64,000 bases of DNA from Candidatus Bathyarchaeota archaeon (GTDB lineage Archaea; Thermoproteota; Bathyarchaeia; Hecatellales; Hecatellaceae), in assembly GCA_052246995.1 (NCBI GenBank), contig JBQPWD010000001.1, forward strand, positions 64,001 through 128,000. The letters run 5' to 3'. The stretch's first letter is position 1. Each line of letters opens with the position of its first letter. The position numbers and the translations under genes were made by a program. The notes beneath the pieces were generated by a model, which searched no databases, was not told the DNA's origin, and was given only the letters and a program-made list of their open reading frames with translations. This document shows positions 38,192 to 48,600 of this stretch, one piece after another.

Positions 38192-39139
38192 CTAAAAAAG
38201 CTTGGCTATGGATGCCAACTCGTACCCTGTTAAAGTTTTTGCTAGGTTAACAATCTCTAGGTAGGCTGCGTACATGTTAAAATATGGTGGCCCCTTCCTG
38301 GAAAAAACTGTTAAAACTTTACCGTTATGATTTAACTTTACACCTAAACATGGTTCATGGCCACGTATAACAACTTTTGCATTAACTTTCTCCAAAAACC
38401 TCTTTGTTACATCCTCTCCAAAAATGAACCCTGCACCTCTGGGTGAAGGATGAACACCAGCTATATCATCATCTGGATCGTTCCACAAGATTTCTTCTAA
38501 AAAGTTTTTTGACGGATGCATCTGGCTTGCATATACAACATCTTCTAATTTATTAGCTTTGCTTGGAACTCCACCATGGAGAAAAATGTATTTACCGTCT
38601 ATTATGCCCGCATAAGGCATTTTATCAAAAATGCTTAAAATTAGACTATAGGCTTCTTCCCATTTTTCTCCAAACCTTCTTCTAAACTGATAAGGTAAAT
38701 CATGAGGATAAGCTAGTAAGTCTGGTGGTCCTTCATGGTTTCCTCTTAAGAGGATGATGTTATCATGTAGATTAATTTTTAACCATAGAATGGTATAATA
38801 AACTTCAGCAGAATACTCTCCTCTGTCTCCATAATCTCCAAGAAAAACTATAACAACGTCTTCACCATTTTTAACTTTGTTTATAAATCGTGAGTCTTTT
38901 AAAATGTAAGCTAAGCTTTCGATATCTGCATGAATGTCCCCAACAACGATAACTTTTCTAACATTATCGGTTAACTTTATAAGCCCGCCTTCAACACTAA
39001 AATTTTTGAAAACCCTTCCTTTTTCCTCTTTAAACACCCAGCATGCTTTTTCCAGTAACTTTATAAATTCTGATGCGTTCACTTTAAACGCTTGACTAAT
39101 GAGGTTTTCAACGTTCTCCAAGCGGGGGACCTCTAACAT
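38192..39139 (-). CDS. PPP-family Ser/Thr protein phosphatase
   Basis: GDIHAD, GDYGDRG, LRGNHE, HGG, LWNDP, SPRG and IRGHE motifs. Confidence 0.9.
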   Translation of the reverse strand: MLEVPRLENVENLISQAFKVNASEFIKLLEKACWVFKEEKGRVFKNFSVEGGLIKLTDNVRKVIVVGDIHADIESLAYILKDSRFINKVKNGEDVVIVFLGDYGDRGEYSAEVYYTILWLKINLHDNIILLRGNHEGPPDLLAYPHDLPYQFRRRFGEKWEEAYSLILSIFDKMPYAGIIDGKYIFLHGGVPSKANKLEDVVYASQMHPSKNFLEEILWNDPDDDIAGVHPSPRGAGFIFGEDVTKRFLEKVNAKVVIRGHEPCLGVKLNHNGKVLTVFSRKGPPYFNMYAAYLEIVNLAKTLTGYELASIAKLF

Positions 39140-39211
39140 CTAACATAGTTAACTTTATTTAATAATTTAGCCTAAATCATATTTTAACATAAAACATGAA
39201 GGTGCAAAATT

Positions 39212-39526
39212 TTGAGTCTGGAGTTGCTTTCCCCTCTTATAGTACAGCTGGGATTCGGCGGAGTTGCAGGCTTCATTGTTGGCTATGCACTTAAAAAACT
39301 CCTAAAAATTCTCTTAGTGTTTTTAGGATTAGGTTTTATGGCTTTACTTTACCTTTCGTACATGGAAATCATTACAATTAATCACAGTAAAATTTCAAGC
39401 TCTTTTCAAGATTTTTTTAAAAAAATTGCAGGTGGAGACTTGACATTGCCAACAATGTTAGCTGCGAATGTACCGTTTATTGGAAGTTTTATTGTTGGCT
39501 TAGGGTTAGGTTTTAAATTTGGGTAA
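39212..39526 (+). CDS. FUN14-family membrane protein
   Basis: QLGFGGVAGFIVGYALKK...GSFIVGLGLGFK. Confidence 0.88.
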   Translation: MSLELLSPLIVQLGFGGVAGFIVGYALKKLLKILLVFLGLGFMALLYLSYMEIITINHSKISSSFQDFFKKIAGGDLTLPTMLAANVPFIGSFIVGLGLGFKFG

Positions 39527-39569
39527 GCTAAACCTACTTTGATTGTAGATAAAATCTAAGGTTTCTGGG

Positions 39570-40271
39570 TTGGGAGTAAACACATCGTCTAAGCCTAAAA
39601 AAATACCCTCAGGTTGTTTATGTCTTGATAGATTACTTCAAGGGGGTTTACCTGAAGGTCAAATTTCAACTTTTTATGGTGAAGCTTCATCTGGAAAAAC
39701 GACAATAGCTCTTCAATGTTCTATTATTTGTGCAAGAAGCGGATTTTATGTCTTATACGTGGATTCAGACCTTTCGTTTTCGGTTGAAAGGGTATTTCAG
39801 ATGGCTCCAGACTTTGAGGAGGTTGCTTCGTATATAAAAATCTTTACACCAAAAAACTTTTTTGAACAAACAGTTCTTATAGAAAATTTTGAAACACATA
39901 TAAACTCTACAACAGGCTTAATAGTTTTTGACACTATAAATGGTCTTTACAGAATTGCTTTGGAATCTTCTGAAAAAAATTTTCTTTTAAACAAGGAATT
40001 AAACAGACAAATAGCTTACCTCTTCTATTATGCGCAAAAACATAGTCTACCAGTGTTGTTAACAAGCCAAGTTCATGGAGTTATAGGCGAGAAAGGTGAA
40101 CTCGTTAAACCTGTTGCAACAAGAATTCTAGAGTTTTGGTCTCAAAATATTGTAAGATTAAGTTTAACAGGTAAACCCGGCTTAAGAAGAGCTTACTTAG
40201 AAAAAATTGGCGGAAGATTTGTTTCAAACGTTTTTTGCCAATATAGCTTAACAAGTAGCGGTGTTGAATAA
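39570..40271 (+). CDS. radB: DNA repair protein RadB
   Basis: LDRLLQGG, Walker A GEASSGKT, VFDTINGLYR, LTSQV; no N-terminal HhH domain. Confidence 0.82.
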   Translation: MGVNTSSKPKKIPSGCLCLDRLLQGGLPEGQISTFYGEASSGKTTIALQCSIICARSGFYVLYVDSDLSFSVERVFQMAPDFEEVASYIKIFTPKNFFEQTVLIENFETHINSTTGLIVFDTINGLYRIALESSEKNFLLNKELNRQIAYLFYYAQKHSLPVLLTSQVHGVIGEKGELVKPVATRILEFWSQNIVRLSLTGKPGLRRAYLEKIGGRFVSNVFCQYSLTSSGVE

Positions 40272-40277
40272 ACTTTC

Positions 40278-41159
40278 CTATTTACTGTAGTATATAACTA
40301 GTATACTGAAGAAAACTGTTAATGCTCCTATAAGTTGTAGGAGTTCAAGTCTTTCACCAAGTACAATGTATGCTAACGTGAGAGCTGAAATTACCTCTGA
40401 GGTTGTATAAACCCCCGCTTTACTTGCTTCAACATTTTTAAGCCCAAAAATAAAGAATGTAAATGCTAAAACTGTTGGTATAATTGCTAAGAGTAATGTT
40501 AAAAACCAGAATTCCGCGTCTAGTATAATAGGAGTTTTTCCGGTTAAAATGTTAATTATTAAAAGAATCATACCTCCAAAACCTAATGTATAAAGTGTAA
40601 TGTTTTCCTCGCTGGTACTGTTAAGCATAAACCTACTAAGGATGGTGTAAAACGTAAAGGAAAAGCTTGAAACAAGGCCCATTAAGATGCCTGCAAAATT
40701 TAATTGAGTAGTAGACAAATCGTAACCTCTAACCGTTAAAAAACATCCGATAAACACTAAAACTGCTGCTAAGACCTTTAATTGTATAATTTTCTCACCT
40801 AAAAATTTTTTGGAGAATATTAAAACAAAAACAGGGTAAGTATAAAGTAAAATAACAGCAATTGACGCTGAAACAAGTTTAACGGCGTAGAAGTATGCAG
40901 TAGTTCCAAGCGCAACACCAACTGTTCCACCTAAAGCTAGGAGTATTAACTGATGTTTTTTAACCTTTAACAAGCTAAATTTGAAAATTAAAAAAATTAG
41001 AAATAAAAGTATAAACCCTAGCAAAATTCTATACATTGCAACAACTTCTGGTGGAAACCCAATACTCATAACAAGTTTACTTAAAACTCCAGCAGATCCC
41101 CAGCAAATGCCCGCCATGAAAACCAGAATAAACCCTAACTTTTTTCTAGGCAACATCAT
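40278..41159 (-). CDS. EamA/DMT-family transporter
   Basis: About 10 TM; CWG, LLYTYP, ASKAG and GERL motifs. Confidence 0.9.
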   Translation of the reverse strand: MMLPRKKLGFILVFMAGICWGSAGVLSKLVMSIGFPPEVVAMYRILLGFILLFLIFLIFKFSLLKVKKHQLILLALGGTVGVALGTTAYFYAVKLVSASIAVILLYTYPVFVLIFSKKFLGEKIIQLKVLAAVLVFIGCFLTVRGYDLSTTQLNFAGILMGLVSSFSFTFYTILSRFMLNSTSEENITLYTLGFGGMILLIINILTGKTPIILDAEFWFLTLLLAIIPTVLAFTFFIFGLKNVEASKAGVYTTSEVISALTLAYIVLGERLELLQLIGALTVFFSILVIYYSK

Positions 41160-41269
41160 TTTATTCTAATTGTTTCTTCCTCACTTTAGAATTTTGCTGC
41201 TATTTAAGACTACGTAAACAACAAAAAATTGAATTCTTGGTCTACTACGGTATAGTAGAAGGTCTTCAG

Positions 41270-41767
41270 TTAGTATTCTTCCTTATCCCACTCTTCTTCA
41301 CTAGTTGCTTCTGTAGTTTCCTCGGTTTCTTTTAGTAATGCTGATTTTTCTATTGAAGCTCTTTCCATAACATTTTCTGCAACGTAGATGTCAGCTCCCG
41401 CTCTTACCGTAAGCGCTATAATATCACTTGGTCTACCTTCAACTTCAACTTCTCCTTTGCTGGATTCAACAATAAGTTTTGCCAAAAATCTATTTGATTG
41501 AAGGTCGTAAACTTCTCCTTTTTTAACTTTAATGTTTAATCCGTCAAGTACTTTCATCATAAAGTCATGGGTATTTGGTACTGGTAATTGGATACCTCTG
41601 ATAGCAGCAGCTATTGATGAAGCTTCTATATCGCCTACAATTATAATTAAAATTCTTTCTCTACTATCCTCAAGAAGAAGGGCTGATGCTGGGCCATAAG
41701 GAGTATTGACTTGAGCAATCCCTGAAATTTGAACCTTAACAAATTCTTCCATAACGCTTAGTCCCAC
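41270..41767 (-). CDS. bifunctional nuclease family protein (DUF151)
   Basis: EASSIA, PNTHD and RPSDIIALTVR motifs; acidic tail. Confidence 0.88.
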   Translation of the reverse strand: MGLSVMEEFVKVQISGIAQVNTPYGPASALLLEDSRERILIIIVGDIEASSIAAAIRGIQLPVPNTHDFMMKVLDGLNIKVKKGEVYDLQSNRFLAKLIVESSKGEVEVEGRPSDIIALTVRAGADIYVAENVMERASIEKSALLKETEETTEATSEEEWDKEEY

Positions 41768-41859
41768 TTTGTAGTTACTATATTCTCATCTTGCTAGGTT
41801 ATATATGTTTGGGTTTTAGGTTAAAGTTTAAAGTCTTTAAAGTTTAGAAATAGCTTGTT

Positions 41860-42309
41860 GTGAGGCATATGTCTATGGTTGATATATCTAAAAAACCTCA
41901 AATTTACAGGGAGGCTACAGCTAAAGGTTTTATTAGACTTAAGCCAGAAACTGTTAGAGTTATTGTTGAAGGAAAAGCTGAAAAAGGAAATCCTCTTGAA
42001 ATAGCAAAAATAGCCGGAATAATGGCTGCTAAAAACACAAGCAATCTTATACCGTTATGTCACCCTATCCACCCAACTCATATCAAAATTGACACAAAAA
42101 TTGTAGGTGAGAACATGGTTGAGGTTAGGGCAAACGTTAAAACTGAAGCTAAAACAGGTGTTGAAATGGAGGCTTTAACAGCAGCAACCATAGCCCTTTT
42201 AACACTTTTTGACATGCTTAAACAATACGAGAAAGATGAAGATGGACAATATCCTTCAACAGAAATTTTGTCTATTAAGGTTAAATCAAAAATAAAGCAG
42301 AAAGATTAA
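41860..42309 (+). CDS. moaC: cyclic pyranopterin monophosphate synthase
   Basis: MVDISKK, LIPLCHP, TGVEMEALT and DMLK motifs. Confidence 0.95.
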   Translation: MRHMSMVDISKKPQIYREATAKGFIRLKPETVRVIVEGKAEKGNPLEIAKIAGIMAAKNTSNLIPLCHPIHPTHIKIDTKIVGENMVEVRANVKTEAKTGVEMEALTAATIALLTLFDMLKQYEKDEDGQYPSTEILSIKVKSKIKQKD

Positions 42310-42361
42310 CCCAAAACTCTAATTAGGATGGGTATGCTATAATAGTATGGTGTGTTAAAAA

Positions 42362-42889
42362 TTGTCTGAAGTAGAATCTTCAATGTTTCTTCTTCTTCCT
42401 CTTATATTGTTATGCTGTCTTCTTCCAATGTTAATGAGAGGTGGAATGGGGCGATCAGTAGAAATTCCAAGAGAAGTTGATGTTTGGACTACTCCGCAAA
42501 GAATAGAGAACGTTTTTGATACAATAGTTCGAGAAGTTGAAAGTTGGAGAGAAAAAGTTCTTACGAAACCACAAAAACGTTCCTTTCCATTCTTAAAGGG
42601 TGGAAAAGAAGCGAGAGGAAGATTTGAGATTTTTCAATCTATTCCCCCTCGACTTCTTAAAATCGTAGACCGACAAGAAGGTGAAATGGTTTTTGAGCTT
42701 ACAGAAATTGAGGGTGGAGGCACATCTGTTAGAGCTTCTTTCTCTCCCTATGCAAAACAAAGAATTCAAACATTTAAAGCTCAACTTCCAGCAAAAATAA
42801 TGATTGGATGGCAAGCTTGTCCATATTGTGGTAAACCTACACTTTCAGATTACAATTTATGTCCTTACTGTGGCCAAAAATTAAAGTAG
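42362..42889 (+). CDS. membrane-anchored zinc-ribbon protein
   Basis: N-terminal hydrophobic LLLPLILLCCLLP; C-terminal CPYCG...CPYCG. Confidence 0.75.
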   Translation: MSEVESSMFLLLPLILLCCLLPMLMRGGMGRSVEIPREVDVWTTPQRIENVFDTIVREVESWREKVLTKPQKRSFPFLKGGKEARGRFEIFQSIPPRLLKIVDRQEGEMVFELTEIEGGGTSVRASFSPYAKQRIQTFKAQLPAKIMIGWQACPYCGKPTLSDYNLCPYCGQKLK

Positions 42890-42904
42890 AGAGTTAGAAA
42901 TAAG

Positions 42905-43333
42905 ATGAAAAAGTTTAACTGGGAAGTTTTATTTTCTCATAACCATTGGATAACCTTAAAAATCAAAGAGAAAAGATTTAAGATTTGTGCAAGGTGCTTA
43001 GGTGTTGTTGCAGGTTTTCTTACTTTTACATTAGCTGTAACATTTTTCAGTTTTCCATTTTTTCATGAACTATCTTTCCCATACCAGCTTGTTATATGTC
43101 TAATTTTAGTTTCACCAGCAATTTTTGATTGGATAACCCAGAGGTGGGGTCTTAGAGAAAGTAATAACTCTCTACGAATTTTTACAGGTTTTTTTGAGGG
43201 TTCAAGTGTTGTTTTCCTATATCTAACAAATGTTTCCTTCATTCAAAAAATCGTTATTATCTTATTTATTGGAGCATTAACTTTAAACATAGGTTTTGCA
43301 GGAGAAAGGCTCTTAAAAAGAAAAGTTGCTTAA
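42905..43333 (+). CDS. DUF2085-family membrane protein
   Basis: ICARCLG, DWITQ and RESNNSLRIFTG motifs. Confidence 0.85.
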   Translation: MKKFNWEVLFSHNHWITLKIKEKRFKICARCLGVVAGFLTFTLAVTFFSFPFFHELSFPYQLVICLILVSPAIFDWITQRWGLRESNNSLRIFTGFFEGSSVVFLYLTNVSFIQKIVIILFIGALTLNIGFAGERLLKRKVA

Positions 43334-43361
43334 AAAGCAACTTCTGTAAACAGGTTAAAAT

Positions 43362-44300
43362 TTACTTAAAGTAAGGTTCTCTAGATAATACTGTTTTTAG
43401 AAAAATTTCATGTAACCTTTTTTCTGGAGCATTTTTACGTACGTAGGATATAATATCTACAAGGTTATCGTTTCTCATTAGACATGGTTTAAGTTTTCCT
43501 GATGCTGTGACCCTAAGCCTGCTACAATTTATGCAAAAACTTGAATTATGAAAAGGTCTAACAAGTTCAACCCTAATCTTTCTACCACTTTCATTAAGAT
43601 AGTAAACTTTTCGATTATGGAGACTTCGGATCTCAACTTTTTCTGCTTTTGAGGCTAGTTGCTTTTCTACATCATCAAGACTAAAATAATATTTGTCATA
43701 AAGTTTTTTTGCGTCGCCAAGTTTTTCTAGCTCTATAAGTTGTAACGTTAAATCTTTGTTTGCTAGATAGTTTATCATATCCCATACTTCTTCGTCATTT
43801 AAAGATTTAAGAACAACCATGTTTACCTTGACAGGGTTTAAGCCTGCTTCACAAGCTTTCTCTATACCTTCCTCAACGTTTTTAACATAATCCTTTCCAG
43901 TAATAGCCTTATAAGTACTTTTTTTCTTTGATGGAAAATTCACATTAACCCGGCTTAAACCTGCCTCCTTAAGCCACTTAACCTTTCCAGCTAAAAGTGT
44001 ACCGTTAGTTGTCATTGAAATTTCAGTTATCCCTTTTATACTTTTAATTTTTGAGATAACATCAAAAATATCGTTTCTTAGTAAAGGTTCTCCACCAGTT
44101 AATTTAACCTTTGAAACTCCAAAATAAGATGCAACTTTAACAATTTTTTCAATTTCTCCACTTGTCATCTCATTATTTTCCTTTACCTCTCCCTCTTTAT
44201 GACAATAAAAACATTTAAGATTGCACTTTTGTGTTAGCGAAATTCTTAAACTTGTGATAGGTCTTCCAAATCCATCTTTTATCAACATTTTAAGCCTCAA
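43362..44300 (-). CDS. moaA: GTP 3',8-cyclase
   Basis: LRISLTQKCNLKCFYC, TGGEPLLR and FCINCSRLRVT...KPCL motifs. Confidence 0.95.
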   Translation of the reverse strand: MRLKMLIKDGFGRPITSLRISLTQKCNLKCFYCHKEGEVKENNEMTSGEIEKIVKVASYFGVSKVKLTGGEPLLRNDIFDVISKIKSIKGITEISMTTNGTLLAGKVKWLKEAGLSRVNVNFPSKKKSTYKAITGKDYVKNVEEGIEKACEAGLNPVKVNMVVLKSLNDEEVWDMINYLANKDLTLQLIELEKLGDAKKLYDKYYFSLDDVEKQLASKAEKVEIRSLHNRKVYYLNESGRKIRVELVRPFHNSSFCINCSRLRVTASGKLKPCLMRNDNLVDIISYVRKNAPEKRLHEIFLKTVLSREPYFK

Positions 44301-44369
44301 AAATGGGCTTAAAGATTGCTTAACGTAGTTTTGGAGTAGTGTGCATAAAAATTTTTCTACAAATTTGTT

Positions 44370-44969
44370 TTAGGATGAATTTTTTTCTATTTTTCTTTCT
44401 TTAAATTCAAATTTTTCTCTTTCCCGTGAAAATATTATTTCAAGTTGTTTTTTCATCAATTTTTGGTCGCGGCTTAGGTTAAAATAATCTGAGAATGTTT
44501 CTGTTGTTCTGAGAATGTATGTTTTACCCATTTTTTCACGTGAAATAAATCCCATGTCAAGAAGTTTCCTAATGTGGTCATATGCCTGCCTTCCACGGAT
44601 AGCGATAACTTTGGCTAATGCTACTGGTTGTCTATAAGCAATATAAGAAAGGGTTTTTAAGGGCCCTTCTGTTAATAGAGGTCTAAGCGATAGTCTTCTA
44701 ACCTTATCAACGTATTGGGGTTTAAGTTGCATAACAAATCTTTCATTTTCAAGCTCGACAATTTCAAGTGTAGTTTCTCTAGAAGCATAATCTTCAACAA
44801 GCGATTTAACTATTTCACAAACTTTTTTCTTTGAATAGATTTGTGTAATTGAACATAAAGTTTTAAGTTCTAAAGGATAACCTGCCGCGTAAAGAGCAGC
44901 CTCAATTAACATCTTCTTCTTTTTAAGCTCTTCATCGCTAAGAACTTTATCCTTTTGTTGGTTCTTCAT
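44370..44969 (-). CDS. scpB: SMC-Scp complex subunit ScpB
   Basis: IEAALY, LKTLSYIAYRQPV, IRG and TTETFSDYF motifs. Confidence 0.92.
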   Translation of the reverse strand: MKNQQKDKVLSDEELKKKKMLIEAALYAAGYPLELKTLCSITQIYSKKKVCEIVKSLVEDYASRETTLEIVELENERFVMQLKPQYVDKVRRLSLRPLLTEGPLKTLSYIAYRQPVALAKVIAIRGRQAYDHIRKLLDMGFISREKMGKTYILRTTETFSDYFNLSRDQKLMKKQLEIIFSREREKFEFKERKIEKNSS

Positions 44970-45648
44970 GCTTCTGTGTCCCTGCAGTTATGACTACATA
45001 AATTTCCCCAAAATTTTCTTCTTGGTAAAGTTCAACTAAACCCTTAGATGCCAGAAAAAGTAGGAATAAAAATATCCTTACAATTTCATGTTTTGTTTTT
45101 CCCTCTACAATGCTGGAGAAGGCAATATGTTTTTCTCCGTGTTTATATTTAAGGATCTCGTAAAATTCCTCTATTTTAGCTTCAATTTCAGCCATAAACT
45201 CGTTATAATCTTTAAAAAACTCTGGTGGTGGACTTTCTACTGGTATAAGTCTGACATTATGTCTAACAAAGTTTTTTTCGTTTTCTAATGTTTCTTTTAA
45301 AGTTTCAAGAAGCTGGCTTAAAGTGGTAGCTGAAATTCCAACTCTAAGCGGAATTTTTAATGGTGGAGGGATGTAGTCTTGAATAACTGTAACCTCTTTA
45401 GGTTTAACTGGTTTTTCAAGTTCTAAAATATGTTCAGATTGTAAGCGTAAAACTATGCTTGACGAAAGTAACGCTGTACCTGAAGCTGCAAAATCAATAT
45501 AACCCTTGTTTCGCATTTCACTTAAAAAGGATGATAAAAGATAGGCAATATCTAGACTCCAAGGCTGAATCTTGTACAGTTTTACTAGGTCAAAAAGAAT
45601 CTGCCATGGATGCCTTAAATAAAAAGGTTTCTCTGCTTGACTATTCAC
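44947..45648 (-). CDS. scpA: kleisin ScpA
   Basis: PWSLDI N-terminal motif, FLFLLFL...VELYQEENFGEI C-terminal wHTH; lies between smc and scpB. Confidence 0.9.
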   Translation of the reverse strand: MNSQAEKPFYLRHPWQILFDLVKLYKIQPWSLDIAYLLSSFLSEMRNKGYIDFAASGTALLSSSIVLRLQSEHILELEKPVKPKEVTVIQDYIPPPLKIPLRVGISATTLSQLLETLKETLENEKNFVRHNVRLIPVESPPPEFFKDYNEFMAEIEAKIEEFYEILKYKHGEKHIAFSSIVEGKTKHEIVRIFLFLLFLASKGLVELYQEENFGEIYVVITAGTQKHEEPTKG

Positions 45649-48600
45649 TTTCCCAACCCTTGCAAAGGTAATGAATAAAGATGAGATACTCCATCCTTTA
45701 AATATATGCCAAAAATTCTGTCAGCTTTTACTGCTACAGGCTCCTTAAAGGATATAACAATTACTTGAGAGTTTTTTGCCTCCCTGGATAAAAGTTCAGC
45801 TAATCTTTGAGTATTTACAGGATCAAGGTGAGCATCAACCTCATCAAAAATATAGAATGAGGGTGTTTTTGTTAAACTTTGAAGTGCAAAAATGTAACAT
45901 ATAGCAACAATGGATCTCTCACCTCCACTTGCCGCTGTAATAGGCATGAGGTTTTTTCCAGGAAATTCGACGATAATATCAAGTCCACTTGAGAACGGAT
46001 CATCAGGATTTTGTAGTTGAATCCAACCTTTCCCTCCGGTTATGCTGTGGAACATTTCAGAAAATTTTGCATTTACTTTTTCTAACGCATCGAAAAAAGT
46101 TTCCTTTTTCTCTTTTTCGATCTCATCCATAAACCTTAAAATTTCCCTTTTTTCAGCTTCAAGTTGATTTATTCTAATTGAGAGCTCTTTATAATTATTT
46201 TTTTGAGGTTCATAAAGTGATAAAGCATTCATGTTTACCTTGCCGGCCAAATCATCATATTCTCTTTTAAGCTTTTCAAACAATCTTTCCTCAAACTCTC
46301 CCTCCTCAAGATTTAATGGTTCTTCGTATCCTAATTCTTTAAGCTCTTTAAAGTGTTGTTCAAGCTCTAGTTGTTTCCTTAAAAGATCCTGTTTAAGGTT
46401 ATTCACGTTTTGAAGTTTATTTTCAATTTCACTATTAACAACTTTAATTTGTTTATCAATCTCCTCTAACACGTTTATAAACATTTTTTGTTTTTCTTTT
46501 TTATTGGCAAGTTCTGTTAGAATTTTTTCTTTTTCTTTTTCAAGCTCTTTAAGTTTCTCCTTTAAATCCTTAACTTTTTCTCTTGATTCTTCAGCACTCC
46601 TTCTAACTGTTCTAATAGTTTTATTTAAATTTATAATTTCCTTTTTAATTGATTCTATAGAAGGAAGAAGCATGTTGTTGATGTTCAACTCATCAGTCAA
46701 TATTCTATTGTTAATTTCATTAAGCCTACGTTGAATCTCGTTTATTTCAGCTTCTAGTTTTGCATTTTTGCTTTCTAAAAGTGTTAAATGCTCTGGTTTA
46801 AGTTTATGCTTAAATGTTGAAGCTTCGCTTCTTACACTGTGAAGTTCCTCCAAAATTTGTTTTTTCCTGTCTTCAGCTTCATTAATCCAGCTTTTTGAGC
46901 TTTCATACTCATTTTTTAGCTTTCTAATTCTCTTATCGATCTCTACAATATTTTTTTGGATTCTCTCAATATTTTCTCTTATGGTTGAAAGGTCTTTTTC
47001 AAAAAATTTTACGGCATCTTCATGTAAAACTCTCTCGTTTTCAAGTCTTAAAAGTTCTCTGTTTAAACGTGTAAGTTCGTTTTTCTTACTTTCAATAAGT
47101 TTTTCAAATGAGCTGATTACCTGAGTCACTTCTTTAATAACGTTGTCGCTTGGTAGAAAATCTGATAAATCTACCTTTTCCCTATAAAACCCAACTTCGA
47201 ATTTTAATCCCGGCTGGAAAACTTCACCATCTAGTGTTACAACCCTATATCCCTGAAGTGAAGCCTTTAATGCTGAATCTTCCTCCTCAGCGAGAAGGGT
47301 ATCTCCGAAAATAAAGTTCACCGCAGGACTGTACTTTGCTGGGCTTTTAATAAATGATGCCAACACTCCAAGGATTCCTGGAATCCTTGGCGGTTGAAGA
47401 GTTTTAATATGCTGGATAGATTGTAAAGGTATAAGCTTTATTCTGCCTATTTTAGCTTTTTTTAACGCTCCTGCACATGCTTTAACGGTGTCTAAATTTT
47501 CAACAATTAATGCTTGAAGCCATCCATCAGAAGCTGCTTCAACAGCTTTCCTATATTTTTCGTCAACGTGGATTTTTTGTTTAACTCTTCCATAAATCCC
47601 TGTTAAAGCTTTAATGCTTGCAAGATTTTCAATATACTCTAGTGCTTTTTCTTCTGAAATTAACATATTGGCAAGGTCTTTTCGTGATGTAAACTCAGCT
47701 ATAGTTGCTCTAATCTGTTTGGCTTTTTTTTCAGAGTTTATGATTTCTTTTTCAGTAATTTCTATTCTTTGTTTAATTTTTTCTACGGTTTTAACGGTTT
47801 TCTCCAGTAAATCTTGTTCCTTTTCCTTTAACTCTTCAAGCATTTTAAATCTTTCAATAAAATTTTCATAAAGATTTCTGAATGCCTCTCTCCTACTTTC
47901 TAGAGATTTTATTTGGTCCTCAAAAATTTCACAGCTCTTTTTTTCAGCATTAATTTTTATTTCAAGTTTTCCATTTTCTTTTTCTAATTTGCTTATTTTC
48001 TCTTCTAATGTTGAAAGTTTTTCAAGGTTTTCATCTGCAAATTTTCTTATTTTTTCTATTCTTTCTAAAATTTCTCTTCTTTCTTTTTCTTTTTCTTTAA
48101 TTACTTCTTCTGCTTCGTTTTTTAGCTTCTTAGATTTTTTAAGTTCTTCATTAATGGTGGCAAGCTGTTTTCTAAGTGATTTGAAGGTTTCTATTTTCTT
48201 AATTCTTACCTCATCATAAGATTTTAAAACTGATTCTGCTGAAGAAATTAAAGTTTTAAGTTCAGCAACTCTTGAGTTTAAGTTTCCTATCTCATTTTGT
48301 ATGGTGAGAAGTCTATCTTCACCTTTATCAACCACGTTAAAGGTGTAATCCTTCCACTTTTTCTCCTCGCTTGAGTATAATTTTTCAAGTTCTTCGGATT
48401 TTTCCCTAAGCTTTCCAAGTTCCGTCTCTTTAACTTTAAGTTCTTCACTAATTTCTTCAGCCTCAAGTTGGAGCTTTCTAATCGTTTTTGATAGTTTAAT
48501 GGCGTTTAGCCTTTTAAGTTCATTTTTAACGTAGTTATATCTTAAAAGAATGTTTCTCTCTACCTCAAGTTCTATTAAACGTTTTTTAACTTCTTCAAAT

